Source: an uncultured bacterium
GTDB lineage: Bacteria > Babelota > Babeliae > Babelales > Babelaceae
DNA length: 64,000 nt
Direction: 5' to 3'
Assembly: GCA_963713855.1 (NCBI GenBank)
Contig: OY970209.1
Span: 864,001 to 928,000 of the forward strand
Shown: positions 48,561 to 59,800 of the stretch, in pieces
Position numbering within the stretch: the first letter of the stretch is position 1
Layout of the letters: the number at the start of each line of letters is the position of its first letter
Position numbers and translations under genes: made by a program
Notes under the pieces: model-generated
Database searches by the model: none
What the model saw: only the letters and a program-made list of their open reading frames with translations
What the model was told of the DNA's origin: nothing

Positions 48561-50993
48561 TCAACTTCGTCGTCTAGCATTTTTTGTGTTGTTCTTCGTT
48601 CTGCCAGATTTTGCTTTATTGCCATTCTTTTCTTTAACCGGTTCTTGTATAAAAGGATTTTTTACGAATGCATAAGACATCACTTCATCCATAGTGCCAA
48701 CGTAAATGGTCGTAATATCAAGCCCAATTTCCTTCTTGATTTCTTCTACGTCATCTTTATTTTCTAGCGGAATAAGCACCGTTGTAAAGCCGTGCTGCTT
48801 TGCAGCTAAGATCTTTTCTTTAAGGCCGCCTACACCGAGAACACGCCCTCTTAAAGTAATTTCTCCTGTCATTGCAACCGACGCCTTTGTCGGGTTTCTT
48901 GTCAGGGCCGAAATAAGAGCTACGCACATAGTAATACCGGCAGAAGGTCCGTCTTTAGGTATAGCCCCTTCCGGAATATGTACGTGTATGTCCGTTGATG
49001 CATAGAAATTTTCTTTAAGTCCTAATTCCGGAGCCCGCCCTCTAATATAACTTAAAGCTGCGTGTGCCGATTCTTGCATCACTTCGCCTAATTGCCCTGT
49101 CAACGTAAGGCCACCTTTTCCGGGAACAATGGTTACTTCTATTTCTAAAACATCTCCACCAACTTCAGTCCAGGCAAGTCCTGTAGCAAGCCCAACTCTG
49201 TTTTGATCCCCAGAGACAGAGCTTCTTTTGTATTTAGGATTTCCAAGCCATTCCTTGATGACTGCGTCATCAATGGTTACTGATTTGATCGCTTTATCTT
49301 TTAAAAGCTGCTGTATTGTTTTACGCATAAGCTTTGCTATGAGGCGATCGAGCTGACGCACTCCCGCTTCTCTCGTATACGAGCTAATAATTTTTGCTAG
49401 AATATCGCTTGAAAGCTTAAATTGCGTCTTTTTAAGGCTATATTCGGCCAAGTTATGGGGAATAAGAAACTGCTCAGCTATGTCGAGCTTTTCGCTTTCC
49501 GTGTATCCCGACAGAGAAATAACCTCCATCCTGTCATACAACGGGTATGGAATGCCGTCAACATGGTTGGCCGTTGCAATAAACATGACCTTAGATAGAT
49601 CGTACTCTACCTCAAGAAAATGATCGACAAAGTGCTTATTTTGCTCAGGATCAAGCACCTCCAACAGAGCTGCGGCAGGGTCACCGTGTATATCGCTTGA
49701 CATCTTATCTATCTCATCAAGCAGAATGACAGGGTTTGTGCTTGTCGCTTTGCGCATGACTTGAATAATGCGACCTGGAAGAGCGCCTATGTAGGTACGC
49801 CTATGCCCCCTGATCTCTGCTTCATCACGAATACCGCCTAAGGAAATGCGAGCAAAGTCTCTTCCAAGGCTTTCGGAAATGGAGCGTGCTAAGGAAGTTT
49901 TTCCGACGCCGGGTGGGCCGACTAAGCAAAGAATCGGGGATCGTTCGAGCTTTGAAGAAAATTTTTTAGCTGCCAAAAACTCGATAATACGTTCTTTGAC
50001 CTTTTTAAGGCCAGCGTGATTCTTGTCGAGAATCTTTTCAGCGGCATCCAAGCTAAGAGTATCTTTTGTTGTCTTGTTCCAAGGCAACGCAAGCATCCAA
50101 TCAAGGTAGTGCCTACTTATAACCGCTTCTGAAGACAAAGGAGGCATCTGCTCTAGTCTTCTAAGCTCACGATCAACCTTATCCATAGCTTCAGCAGGCA
50201 GAGACAACGTTTTTAACTTTTGTTTGATCTGGCTGATCTCATTTGACTGGTCATCGCGGCCGAGCTCCTTTTGAATGGCCTTCATCTGCTCGCTCAGGTA
50301 GTACTCTTTTTGGCTTCGCTCAACCTGGCTCTGTACGCGGCCCCTAATGCGTTCTTCAGTTTCTAAGATCTCGATCTCTTTCTGCAAGTAGGTACAAAGC
50401 TTTAAAAGGCGATTTTTAAGGTCGGCAGCCTCCAAAAGCTGCTGACGCTCATCAAAAGTAAGATTTATGTGAACGGAGAGAGTATCAGCGATGTAGTCCA
50501 TGTCCTCGCCAGTCTTCGCTGACAAAAGGAGATCTGCAGGTGCCTTGCTGTTTAGTTGGCTATAGCTTGTATAAAGTGCCTGCAGGTGGCGCCAGAGGGC
50601 GAATAGCTCGGTAGAGTCTTCCATCCCCGCCGTTGGAATATCCTCCACGCGAACAATCATAAAATCTGGGTTTGGCTCTGATTGAACCATACGTGCCCTA
50701 CTCATGCCCTCTACTAAAATCTTGAGGGCCCCCTTTGGCATGCGCATAATTTGTAAAATAGTGGAACGCGTGCCGTAGGTGAAGATGTCTTCAACGGTGG
50801 GATTTTCAATATCTGGATGCTTCTGGGCGGTGATAAAAATTGACTTGTCGCTCTTTAAAGCGAACTCTACAGCACTGATCGAGGAAGGTCTACCGACAAT
50901 AACGGGTATAATGCTACGCGGCAGGAGTACCACGTTCTTGAGGGGCAGTAGCGGCAAAAATGATGCAGAATCAAATATTTCGTTTTCAGTCAT
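48561..50993 (-). CDS. lon: ATP-dependent Lon protease
   Basis: LPLLPL, GPPGVGKTS, IRGHRRTYIGA, LLDEIDK, PKDGPSAG, GGLKEK. Confidence 0.97.
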   Translation of the reverse strand: MTENEIFDSASFLPLLPLKNVVLLPRSIIPVIVGRPSSISAVEFALKSDKSIFITAQKHPDIENPTVEDIFTYGTRSTILQIMRMPKGALKILVEGMSRARMVQSEPNPDFMIVRVEDIPTAGMEDSTELFALWRHLQALYTSYSQLNSKAPADLLLSAKTGEDMDYIADTLSVHINLTFDERQQLLEAADLKNRLLKLCTYLQKEIEILETEERIRGRVQSQVERSQKEYYLSEQMKAIQKELGRDDQSNEISQIKQKLKTLSLPAEAMDKVDRELRRLEQMPPLSSEAVISRHYLDWMLALPWNKTTKDTLSLDAAEKILDKNHAGLKKVKERIIEFLAAKKFSSKLERSPILCLVGPPGVGKTSLARSISESLGRDFARISLGGIRDEAEIRGHRRTYIGALPGRIIQVMRKATSTNPVILLDEIDKMSSDIHGDPAAALLEVLDPEQNKHFVDHFLEVEYDLSKVMFIATANHVDGIPYPLYDRMEVISLSGYTESEKLDIAEQFLIPHNLAEYSLKKTQFKLSSDILAKIISSYTREAGVRQLDRLIAKLMRKTIQQLLKDKAIKSVTIDDAVIKEWLGNPKYKRSSVSGDQNRVGLATGLAWTEVGGDVLEIEVTIVPGKGGLTLTGQLGEVMQESAHAALSYIRGRAPELGLKENFYASTDIHVHIPEGAIPKDGPSAGITMCVALISALTRNPTKASVAMTGEITLRGRVLGVGGLKEKILAAKQHGFTTVLIPLENKDDVEEIKKEIGLDITTIYVGTMDEVMSYAFVKNPFIQEPVKEKNGNKAKSGRTKNNTKNARRRS

Positions 50994-51341
50994 AGACTAT
51001 CCCGTAAGTTTCAGCTACTATTTTTATTCTATAGCTATTTCCTATTAAAATTTTAGTGTATCATACTCAGATTTTTCGGCAAATTGGGTTCGCTCTTTTG
51101 AACCCAAAGTCTTTGTGAAAGAGTATACGTCCTTAACGAGAATTTATACAAAAAAGGGGCTTTATGGTAGACTTTCTTTAGAGGTTCTTTATAAAAAGAG
51201 TATAAAAACAGACATTTTCACAAATTCAATAATTTTTAGTATAGTAATTTTTAAAAGGTTGGTTGTATCAGCAAAATTTAGGTAGTCGCGGTAGCGCTAT
51301 CTGTAGAACTCCAAAGAACTAGTAAGTATAAAGGATACTGT

Positions 51342-52742
51342 ATGGCGATTATCTCGTTATTCCAGAAGTTATCAAAACCGATTTTCGGAAACTTTGAGCG
51401 GGAGGAATTCAAAAAATTCTTAAGAATGGGTCTCATATTTGCTTTTGTTCTTGGCTCATATTGGACGTTGCGCGCTCTTAAGGACTCTGTGTTAATCGAC
51501 CTTATTAGTAAAACTGCTCAGCCAGTTGCAAAGACTATTTCGCTTCTTTGCCTTTTTCCTATCTTAATGTTCTACACAAGGCTTTTTGATCGATACCCTC
51601 GAGAAAAAGTTTTTTACATGCTTGCCACTACCTACACAGTCCTGACGATAGTTTTTGGCTTACTTATTTTGTCCCCCATAGGTCAAGCTCCTGCTGACGT
51701 TATTGCTTCACGAACGGGGCTTCTTTATTATGGTACTAAGATACTTGGGTATGCCTGGTACGTGTTTGTTGAAAGCTATGGCTCATTAGTGGTGTCCCTT
51801 TTTTGGTCACTTGCAAGTGATACGACTGGCCCTGAGTCAGCAAAGCGAGGTTTTCCTCTCGTTGTAGCAATTGGTCAAATTGGTGGTATTATAGGGCCTA
51901 AGTATGTTACTCGCTTGCCTAAGCTTTTTGGTTTTATGACAAGCTCGATATCAATTTTAGTTGGCGCTTTTTTAATATTTAGCCTTGTCTACCTGATGAA
52001 ATATTTCTTGCGTTCTACTCCTAAAGAACTTCTCGTGTCTTTCCATGGCAAGAATGAGGAAAAGATTGAAGAAGAGCAAGAACCAGGGTTTCTTGAAGGC
52101 GTTCGTCTCATTTGGAAACACAAGTATTTGCTTGGTATTTTTACCGTAGTCTCTTTTTATGAGATCATTGTTACTATTTTCGACTTCCACTTTAAGTATA
52201 TGGCAGGCTCTGTTTATGCAGGTCCAGAACTAGGTGCCTATTTGGGCCAGTACGGTTCTTATGTCAATACGGTTGCGCTCGTTTGCTTGCTTCTTGGTGT
52301 GAGCAATATTACTCGATACCTTGGCGTGGGCGTAGCATTGGCACTTATGCCGCTCATTGTAGCTGGTGCGCTTTTTGGGTTTCTGTCGGTTAATAGCCTA
52401 CAATTCTTGTTCTGGCTTATGGTCGGTTCAAAAGCAATTAATTATGCTCTTAACGGCCCTGCTATGAAGCAGCTTTACATCCCAACGACCCCTGATGTTC
52501 GTTTTAAGGCTCAAGCATGGATTGAAACATTTGGGTCACGCGGCTCTAAAGGCTTAGGATCTGGCTTTAACATGCTTCTTGAACCACTTAAGAAAAATAT
52601 GGGTGAGATTGCTGGTAGAATGCGCCATATCTGGTTAAGTGCCTATTTAGGATTTGCTCTAGTTGCCATTTGGTTCTTTATAGCATTGTTCCTTGGACGG
52701 ACGTATAAACAAGCTGTTGATCAGAAAAAAGTTGTTTGTTAA
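51342..52742 (+). CDS. NTT/TLC family nucleotide (ATP/ADP) translocase 1
   Basis: LRALKDS, ESYGSLVVSLFW, KAINYALN.P...LYIP, KAQAWIETFGSR.SK; multi-TM. Confidence 0.85.
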   Translation: MAIISLFQKLSKPIFGNFEREEFKKFLRMGLIFAFVLGSYWTLRALKDSVLIDLISKTAQPVAKTISLLCLFPILMFYTRLFDRYPREKVFYMLATTYTVLTIVFGLLILSPIGQAPADVIASRTGLLYYGTKILGYAWYVFVESYGSLVVSLFWSLASDTTGPESAKRGFPLVVAIGQIGGIIGPKYVTRLPKLFGFMTSSISILVGAFLIFSLVYLMKYFLRSTPKELLVSFHGKNEEKIEEEQEPGFLEGVRLIWKHKYLLGIFTVVSFYEIIVTIFDFHFKYMAGSVYAGPELGAYLGQYGSYVNTVALVCLLLGVSNITRYLGVGVALALMPLIVAGALFGFLSVNSLQFLFWLMVGSKAINYALNGPAMKQLYIPTTPDVRFKAQAWIETFGSRGSKGLGSGFNMLLEPLKKNMGEIAGRMRHIWLSAYLGFALVAIWFFIALFLGRTYKQAVDQKKVVC

Positions 52743-52776
52743 TGATACGTTGACAAACCCAATGATGATGAGTTTT

Positions 52777-52816
52777 GCAAGCCTTCTTTGTCTAGTAACA
52801 GTCAAAGAAGGCTTGC
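52777..52816. promoter_or_regulatory. Intercistronic 14-bp stem-loop without U tail
   Basis: gcaagccttctttg ... caaagaaggcttgc. Confidence 0.65.
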
Positions 52817-52837
52817 GCTGTTTAGAGGTGATGCTCT

Positions 52838-54217
52838 ATGAGTAAACGTTTAGAAGCGCTTACACAACTTTGGCAAATAAAGCCTCACGAAGAAGCAGTT
52901 AAAGTTGCTTTTCTTACCCTTGCATTTCTTCTTATTATTTCTGCTTACACGCTTGCGCACGAGCTTAAAGATGCGCTTTTTGTAACAATTGTCGGTAGGC
53001 ACTACGTCCCGATCGCAAAGATTTACGCGATATTCGTTTTGATTCCCCCCATTCTACTTTTTTCTCGATTTGTTGATCTTATGCGCAAACATCAACTTCT
53101 CTATCTTTATACAATAGTGTATGGTGTTGTCGGCCTCATAATAACGTACTTTTTAGCGCATCCAACCATTGGCCTTGCAAATACCAATGCGAGTAAATAT
53201 CGTGCATTTGGTTGGTTTATATACTTTTTTATGGAGGGGTATGTTCCCTTCGTTGTGAGTCTTTTTTGGGCGTTTGTAAACTCGGTCACTATTCCGAATA
53301 AAGCAAAAAATAATTATCCTCTCATGATTGCCGGTTCTAAAATTGGAGGCATAAGTGCGACCGTTTTTGCCGTGCTTCTTTTAAAAAATAGCCAAAGGGG
53401 AGATATATTTAATCATCAAGTCTTGCTGGGACTCTCCTCTGTGCTTCTCTTGGCGGTTCCCATTGTTATTTATTTTCTTATGAAGAAGGTTCCAAAGCAC
53501 TTTCTTGTAAGCTATGAAACCACAGCACATGAAGCTCGGCATGAACCAGAGACACATGAGCGGCAGGGCGTTGGAGGTATTTTTTCAGGGCTCATTTTGC
53601 TGCTTCGTTATCCATATGTTTTGGGTGTTTTTGCAATGACTTGTTTTTGGGAGATAATAAACGTCGTTTTTGCCTATGAGCGGTTGGGGGTAGGTCAAGC
53701 ATTTGCGACTACGGTTTCGGATTATTCACGTTTTCTTTTTACGGTAGTTATGTTTACCCACATTGTCGGTCTTTTAATAGCCCTTTTGGGAACTCGCTTT
53801 ATTATTAATTGGTTAGGTGAAAAGCGAAGCTTGACGCTTGTCCCTGCAAGTGCCGGGCTTTTGTTGCTCTATTATTTTACTAATCGATCTCCGATGGCGC
53901 TTGTTTCGGTAGTCGTTATGTTGCGTGCTCTCAATTACGGCTTTACACAGCCGTTGCGTGAAAGCTTATACGTTCCTACAGCCCGTGATATTCGTTTTAA
54001 GTCTAAGTCATGGATTGACGGGACAGGTTCGAAAGCGGCTAAAGCTGCGGGATCTCTGTATAACAGGGTGATCGAGGGGTTAGCCCCTGCTGTTGTGCAA
54101 GGTGTTAATGGAATATTTTTCTCTTTTGTTATTGGTAGTTGGCTTATGACTGCTTACTTTTTAGGTAAGCGTTTTGAACGCGCAGTGCGCCGTAAAGAAG
54201 TGATAGGTGTTGGATAA
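52838..54217 (+). CDS. NTT/TLC family translocase 2
   Basis: ELKDALF, SLFWAFVN, RALNYG...P.RESLYVPT, KSKSWID. Confidence 0.85.
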   Translation: MSKRLEALTQLWQIKPHEEAVKVAFLTLAFLLIISAYTLAHELKDALFVTIVGRHYVPIAKIYAIFVLIPPILLFSRFVDLMRKHQLLYLYTIVYGVVGLIITYFLAHPTIGLANTNASKYRAFGWFIYFFMEGYVPFVVSLFWAFVNSVTIPNKAKNNYPLMIAGSKIGGISATVFAVLLLKNSQRGDIFNHQVLLGLSSVLLLAVPIVIYFLMKKVPKHFLVSYETTAHEARHEPETHERQGVGGIFSGLILLLRYPYVLGVFAMTCFWEIINVVFAYERLGVGQAFATTVSDYSRFLFTVVMFTHIVGLLIALLGTRFIINWLGEKRSLTLVPASAGLLLLYYFTNRSPMALVSVVVMLRALNYGFTQPLRESLYVPTARDIRFKSKSWIDGTGSKAAKAAGSLYNRVIEGLAPAVVQGVNGIFFSFVIGSWLMTAYFLGKRFERAVRRKEVIGVG

Positions 54218-54220
54218 GGT

Positions 54221-55561
54221 ATGATTACGTATGTCATTAGGCGTACAGCAGCATTTTTTTATGGTGAAGAGGTAAAGGTTCTTATTTTAACGTTCTCGTA
54301 TTTTTGTATAATTGCTAGTTATACACTCGTACGAGAGCTTCGCGATGTTATATTCATTCAGACTGTTGGGCAAGAGCATTTCCATCTTGCCCAAATTTTT
54401 TCTGTTATTGGTTTAATTCCGGCCCTTTTGTTTTATGCGTATCTAGTGGACCATCTTAAAAAGCAGCAACTTCTTTACTGCTACACGTTGGCTTACGCAT
54501 TTGGTACCTTACTTATGGCACTTGGTATTCAAACCTTAACGGGCCCACAAGCTTTTATTGGCAGCACGATATTTGGTTGGGCACAATATCTTTTTGTTGA
54601 AGGGTATAGCGCATTTGTTATTAGCTCATTTTGGGCTTTTGTAAATTCTATAACACCTGTTACAGGTGCGTCGAGATCTTATAGCTTTTTAGTTGCGGGG
54701 TCTAAGCTAGGGGGTATGCTTACGGCTGCGTCCGCCTGGTGCATAGCGTATTATAGTTGGTTTTCGGATACGCGCTTACTTCAATGTTTTTTGATAGCGG
54801 CTGCTTCTTTTATAATGGTCGTGCCTTTTCTCATCTCCTATTTGATTAAGCATTCTCAGCCGGTATCTTTAGAAGGGTATCAGGCGTATGCACGTGATGA
54901 TGACTTTATTAAAAGCGAATCCACGACTAATCGCCTATTTGCTGGGCTGCGGCTGATGATTTCATATCCGTATGTGGGGGGTATTTTCGGGCTCGTGTTT
55001 GCTTGGGAAGCAATGAACGTAGTTTTAAATTACCAACGGCTCGGTTTATGTGTTGCTGCTTGCCCGACACTGCATTGCTTGAGCACAACACTATTCCAGC
55101 ACATATTTTTAGTACACGCTTTTAGTTTTCTTATAGCCTGCTTTGCAAACCATGCGTCTTTCAGGTCTTTGAGTGAGCGCCAAGTGCTTGTGGGTGTTCC
55201 TATTTTAACGGGCCTTTTATCGATTGTTTTTTTTATGTGCACGACACCTGCCGTTGCGTTTGCGTGTTCTATAGCTATTCGAGCACTCAATTATTCCCTT
55301 GCACTTTCAGCTAGGGAGATGCTCTATATACCTACAACAAGAGACACTCGTTTTAAATCAAAGTCATGGATCGACGCCTTTGGAGCAAAGTGTGCTCGCG
55401 GGTTTGGCGCTTTATATAGCGTCGGCGCCCAGGCATCTTTAAGTAAGAGCATGCTCTATCTGGTGCTTTGTATCTGTATTACCGCAGGTTGGATTGCCAT
55501 CGCATATTATTTATCTAAACGGTTTGAACGGGCTATTAAGCATAACGAAGTGATTGGGTAA
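54221..55561 (+). CDS. NTT/TLC family translocase 3
   Basis: ELRDVIF, SSFWAFVN, RALNYSL....REMLYIPT, KSKSWIDAFG. Confidence 0.82.
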   Translation: MITYVIRRTAAFFYGEEVKVLILTFSYFCIIASYTLVRELRDVIFIQTVGQEHFHLAQIFSVIGLIPALLFYAYLVDHLKKQQLLYCYTLAYAFGTLLMALGIQTLTGPQAFIGSTIFGWAQYLFVEGYSAFVISSFWAFVNSITPVTGASRSYSFLVAGSKLGGMLTAASAWCIAYYSWFSDTRLLQCFLIAAASFIMVVPFLISYLIKHSQPVSLEGYQAYARDDDFIKSESTTNRLFAGLRLMISYPYVGGIFGLVFAWEAMNVVLNYQRLGLCVAACPTLHCLSTTLFQHIFLVHAFSFLIACFANHASFRSLSERQVLVGVPILTGLLSIVFFMCTTPAVAFACSIAIRALNYSLALSAREMLYIPTTRDTRFKSKSWIDAFGAKCARGFGALYSVGAQASLSKSMLYLVLCICITAGWIAIAYYLSKRFERAIKHNEVIG

Positions 55562-55616
55562 TTTGCAGTTTTTAAAAGCACAGATATACTTATAAAGGTA
55601 GTTACTTGTGCTCTCC

Positions 55617-55680
55617 CTTCGCTTTCAACCGGGTGGTTACTAGCTTATACAAGCTATACCGAAAGCAAGAAGAATAACCC
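55617..55680 (+). ncRNA. rpsB 5' leader (t44-like S2 autoregulatory element)
   Basis: Stem cttc-gctttc/gaaagc-gaag, internal GGGT, apical tagctt/aagcta hairpin, then ATAACC before the RBS. Confidence 0.6.
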
Positions 55681-55692
55681 TTGAGGAATATC

Positions 55693-56613
55693 ATGATTGA
55701 CTTGAAGAAGCTTATTGAAGCAGGAGTACACTTTGGCCATCAGACATGGCGCTGGTCTCCTAAAATGCAGCCCTATATCTGGGGTGAAAAAAACTCTATA
55801 CATCTTATTGACGTTTCAAAAACGGCAGCTCTTCTAGAAAAAGCAGCAGCGTTTTTGGAATCCCTTGCTAGCCAGGGAAAACCAATTTTGTGGATTGGTA
55901 CTAAAAAGGCGGCCCAGGCAGTTATAGCAGATATTGCTTGTAAGCTTAAAAATCCTTATGTCAACCATCGCTGGATCGGTGGAACACTTACCAATTTCCC
56001 TCAGGTAAAAAAATCGGTTACGAAGCTTTTGCATTACGAAGACATTCTTTCTAAAGCTGAAGAGCACACGTACACCAAAAAAGAGCGTGTACATTTACAG
56101 AAAATGGCCGATAGGCACCGTAAAAATGTGGGTGGTATTTGTACCTTGTCCTGGCCGATTGGTGCGCTCGTTGTTGTAGACGTTAAAAAAGAGTACACGG
56201 CTATACGTGAAGCCGCAGCTATGGGAATACCTGTCATTGGTATTGTTGATACAAATAGCGATCCTTCAATCGATTACCCAATACCTGCAAACGACGATAT
56301 TACACGCGCCATTAGCTTGCTTACCCATTACCTAGCAGAGGCTGTAGCCCGCGGCTATGCCGTTGCTGCAACTCGTCCTTCTGAAGAAGCTAAATCTGAA
56401 GATATGGTTGAAGCCATGCTTAAGAAAGTTTTGGGTGAAGAGGAAGAAGAAAAGGGCGCACGTGGACAGCGTCGTGGACGCCCGACTCCTCAAGCAAATC
56501 GAGGTAGACGCCCAGGTAATCGCGCTCCTAGCAGACCAGCTTCCGGACCCCATAAAGCTGAAAAACCTCAAACTACCGAGAGCCCAAAAACAGATCAACC
56601 TGCAACAGAATAG
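55693..56613 (+). CDS. rpsB: 30S ribosomal protein S2 with long charged C-terminal extension
   Basis: LIEAGVHFGHQT..W.PKM, RWIGGTLTN, IVDTNSDP, IPANDD. Confidence 0.97.
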   Translation: MIDLKKLIEAGVHFGHQTWRWSPKMQPYIWGEKNSIHLIDVSKTAALLEKAAAFLESLASQGKPILWIGTKKAAQAVIADIACKLKNPYVNHRWIGGTLTNFPQVKKSVTKLLHYEDILSKAEEHTYTKKERVHLQKMADRHRKNVGGICTLSWPIGALVVVDVKKEYTAIREAAAMGIPVIGIVDTNSDPSIDYPIPANDDITRAISLLTHYLAEAVARGYAVAATRPSEEAKSEDMVEAMLKKVLGEEEEEKGARGQRRGRPTPQANRGRRPGNRAPSRPASGPHKAEKPQTTESPKTDQPATE

Positions 56614-56622
56614 AACAATTTT

Positions 56623-56714
56623 GGAGAGGTGTCTGAGTGGTCGAAAGAGCACGATTGGAAATCGTGTATACCTTTAACCGGGTATCGAGGGTTCGAATCC
56701 CTCTCTCTCCACCA
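56623..56714 (+). tRNA. tRNA-Ser(GGA)
   Basis: GGAGAGG/TCTCTCC acceptor, cacga-ttGGAaa-tcgtg anticodon arm, long variable arm, GTTCGAATCC, encoded CCA. Confidence 0.96.
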
Positions 56715-56718
56715 AGAT

Positions 56719-56802
56719 GGAAGCTCATAAAAAGCGACTGCTTACCGTGTCAGGTCCGAAAGGAAGCAGCACAAAGCATCACCGTTTTTGTATGAGCTTC
56801 CC
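56719..56802 (+). ncRNA. ffs: Signal recognition particle RNA (small 4.5S type)
   Basis: Helix-8 motif TCAGGTCC-GAAA-GGAAGCAGC in a long hairpin closed by ggaagctcata/tatgagcttcc, then T8. Confidence 0.95.
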
Positions 56803-56812
56803 TTTTTTTTGC

Positions 56813-59800
56813 TTATCTTGCTTTGCAACGCTTTACCTTGATTTTGTTTGAGGTTGCCGAGTCGTGATGGCCATCAGTTACTGTGACAGTAAGCGAAGTG
56901 GTTTTTCTTGCACAAAACTCGCGCCTAATTTTTCTTGAGTGAATTTTGAAGGTTTTTCCATCAGACCAAGAAAGTCTAAAAGGTGGAGTTCCTGCTTTGA
57001 TGGTTCCAAAGATCGTCACACACTCATCAGGGCAAGGACACTTTTTAACGGGGTCAAGGTGCACGGCGATAGGCTTTACGGTGATAGTGACTGGGTTAGA
57101 GGTAGATTTACAACCGTCCGCATTTTCGTCAGTAACTGTAAAAGTGGTAGTTACTTTAGGTCTTACCTTGTGCTTGAAAGGAGATGTGACGTTTTCATTA
57201 ACTGTTCCATCAGACCAAAAGAGAGTTCTTGTACCTTCAAAAAAAGCTGTCAGCGTGGCAGATTGGCCGACAATAATAGTATTTTTATTGGTGACCAGCT
57301 CAATAGGTCCAACATGGGAGACGGTGACGGTGATAGGTGTGGATGTAAGAGTACACCCTGATGCATCGGTAACAGTAGCACGATAGTTAGCGGTGAAATT
57401 TGGAGTTACAGTTAGCGTCACAGGCGAAGTTGAGCTTGTTACGGTACCTACGGGTGTCATGTTTTCCGTAAATACAACGGTAAACGGACCATTTCCTGTA
57501 ACAGCGGCGCTGAGCGTCACCGACTGACCATCACATATGAGTGAATGGTTTGCGGAAAGTATCACACTGAGCTGATCCGGAGCGATAATCACTGAGCCGG
57601 GAGGATTTGTAAGCACGCAGCCTGTAATAGTGTCCGTAACACTCGAAACGCTATATGTCATACCACCAACGGGAGGGGTAACAGTAAACGCAATTGGCGA
57701 AGGAGAGGTTTGAGTTTGTCCGTTTGATAACATCACGGTGTAGGGACCGGTTCCGCCGGTTACTGTGACTGTAACAGTTGAAGTTGTATTAGGAGGGCAA
57801 ATAGTGGTCGGATTTGCGCTTATGGTTGATGCAAGAGTTATAGTGTTGACGGTAACTGGATTAGATGGAAAAAATATTGAGCACGCTGGACTGGCTGAAT
57901 CTGATAAAGAGTTGACCTGATAATTCTGAGGGCTCATCGTTGGAGTGACGATAAAAGTTAAAGGAGAATTGCCGCTTGAGGGCGTACCATCGTTTAAGAT
58001 AGCTGTATAAGGAGGCATCCCTCCGCTGACGGTGGCCATTAGATCTGCCTTCATGCCCATACAAACAGATTGGGTCAACGGCGCAAGTGTGACAGTTATT
58101 TCAGGAACAACAGACACTGAGGCCATACCAGTACAAAACGTCATTCCGTCGGTTACAGTTACGGTATAATCACCAAGAACTGATACTGATCGAGTCAAAG
58201 GGGAGCCGCCACTTTCCATTACACCATCCGGCGTCCACAGCAAATTAAACGTTGAGCCAATTCCATTTGAAATCGTTGTCGTAAGAGTCTTAGGTTGCGC
58301 GGGACACAAGGTTTGTGGCGAGGGCGAAATGGATATCATAAGATCCTCAGAAGAAGACACAGCGAAATTGTCACTAAATTCTGAGGTGTCTCCAATAGTG
58401 CCGCCAGCTCCATTCATATTTGTCGCTGTTGCACTGATAAAAGTGCCAAGAAATGATCCTGGGATCTTTAAGTTTTGTGTAGCTCCCGAAGCTACGCCAT
58501 TCGCAGCACCAATAGGGGTTTGACCTTCTGTAATCGGGTTTCTGTTAAACTCGTTATCAAATACCTCAAGCCTGAATGTGGACGCTGCTGGTGTCGTTGG
58601 GGCCGAAAGCATCAAGTAAAGATTATTATCACTCAGACATTGTAGAGTTGAAGTTATGGACGGAGTTGCTTGATTATCATTTCCGTTATTAGTCAGAACG
58701 ATTCCGCTTCCCGTGTTATCAAAATCGGGATTTGCCAAAATAGAATTAAGTGTAGCACCGTTTACTGTTACCCCATTTCCGCCGTTAAATGCTATGAAAT
58801 TCGGTCCGAGGACCCCGATTCGTACGTTGGTAGCGGCTGCTGGTGAAGCGTTTAATTGTATGCCATCAGAAAGATTACCTAAACCTAACGTATTGGTTCT
58901 ATCGGTTCCTATGTGATTTCGTTGTATGAAGACGCCAGTTGGCCCAGCGCCAGAAGCGTTTAGGACTATACCCTGAGCCGTGTTACCGGAAATGACGTTG
59001 TCTTGAATACTGAGATTGGTCAAAGATCCAGAGGTGTCGACGCCTATAGAGATTCCAATTCCGTTAGGTAATACGTTGGTATCTGACTTATTTACGCCAA
59101 TAAGGTTATTTTGTATAAGGGTGTCTGATAGGGTCAGGCCAGCTTGTACGTTAATCGCTGCTCCAGTATTGCCTGAGATCAGGTTATTTATTATTGTCGT
59201 TTGGCTTATTGGTGTTAGTCCAAATGTGAACTGTATGCCCTCGGCATTGGGAAAAGCTAGGCTGCCGGTTATATCGGTCCCAATGAGATTATTTTGTACA
59301 AGTGTATTACTGATAGCTTGATTTACAGGTAGGAGAGTTATTCCGGGGTTTGCGAGAGATCCTGAAATGATGTTATTCTGTATTGTGTTTCCGCTTCCGA
59401 ATACAATACCAACACCTCCATTGGACAATACTTGTACTGTGCCTGTCGGATCAGTACCCATAAAGCAATTTTCTATTATGTTGTTGCTGGATTGAATCTC
59501 AACTGCTACGCTTGCGCCACCGTTGATAGCTAATCCTGTGATGGTAGAGCCACCGCCAGTGATCAAGAATGAGGCAAATGTGCCGCTTATTTGAATAAGT
59601 GGGGTTCCGCTATAGCCGGGCTGCGTCGTACCATCAATAACGAGGCTACTAGTTAGGCTTGGAAGAGTGGAAACTGGTGTGATGGTTCGAACGCCGGTCC
59701 CCGGGATGTCAAAAGTAATAGTTCCTCCACCGGCAGTATTTGCTGCGTTTATCTGGAATCTGAGAGAGTTTGCAGGCGGCGATGCCGCATCAAGGGTATT

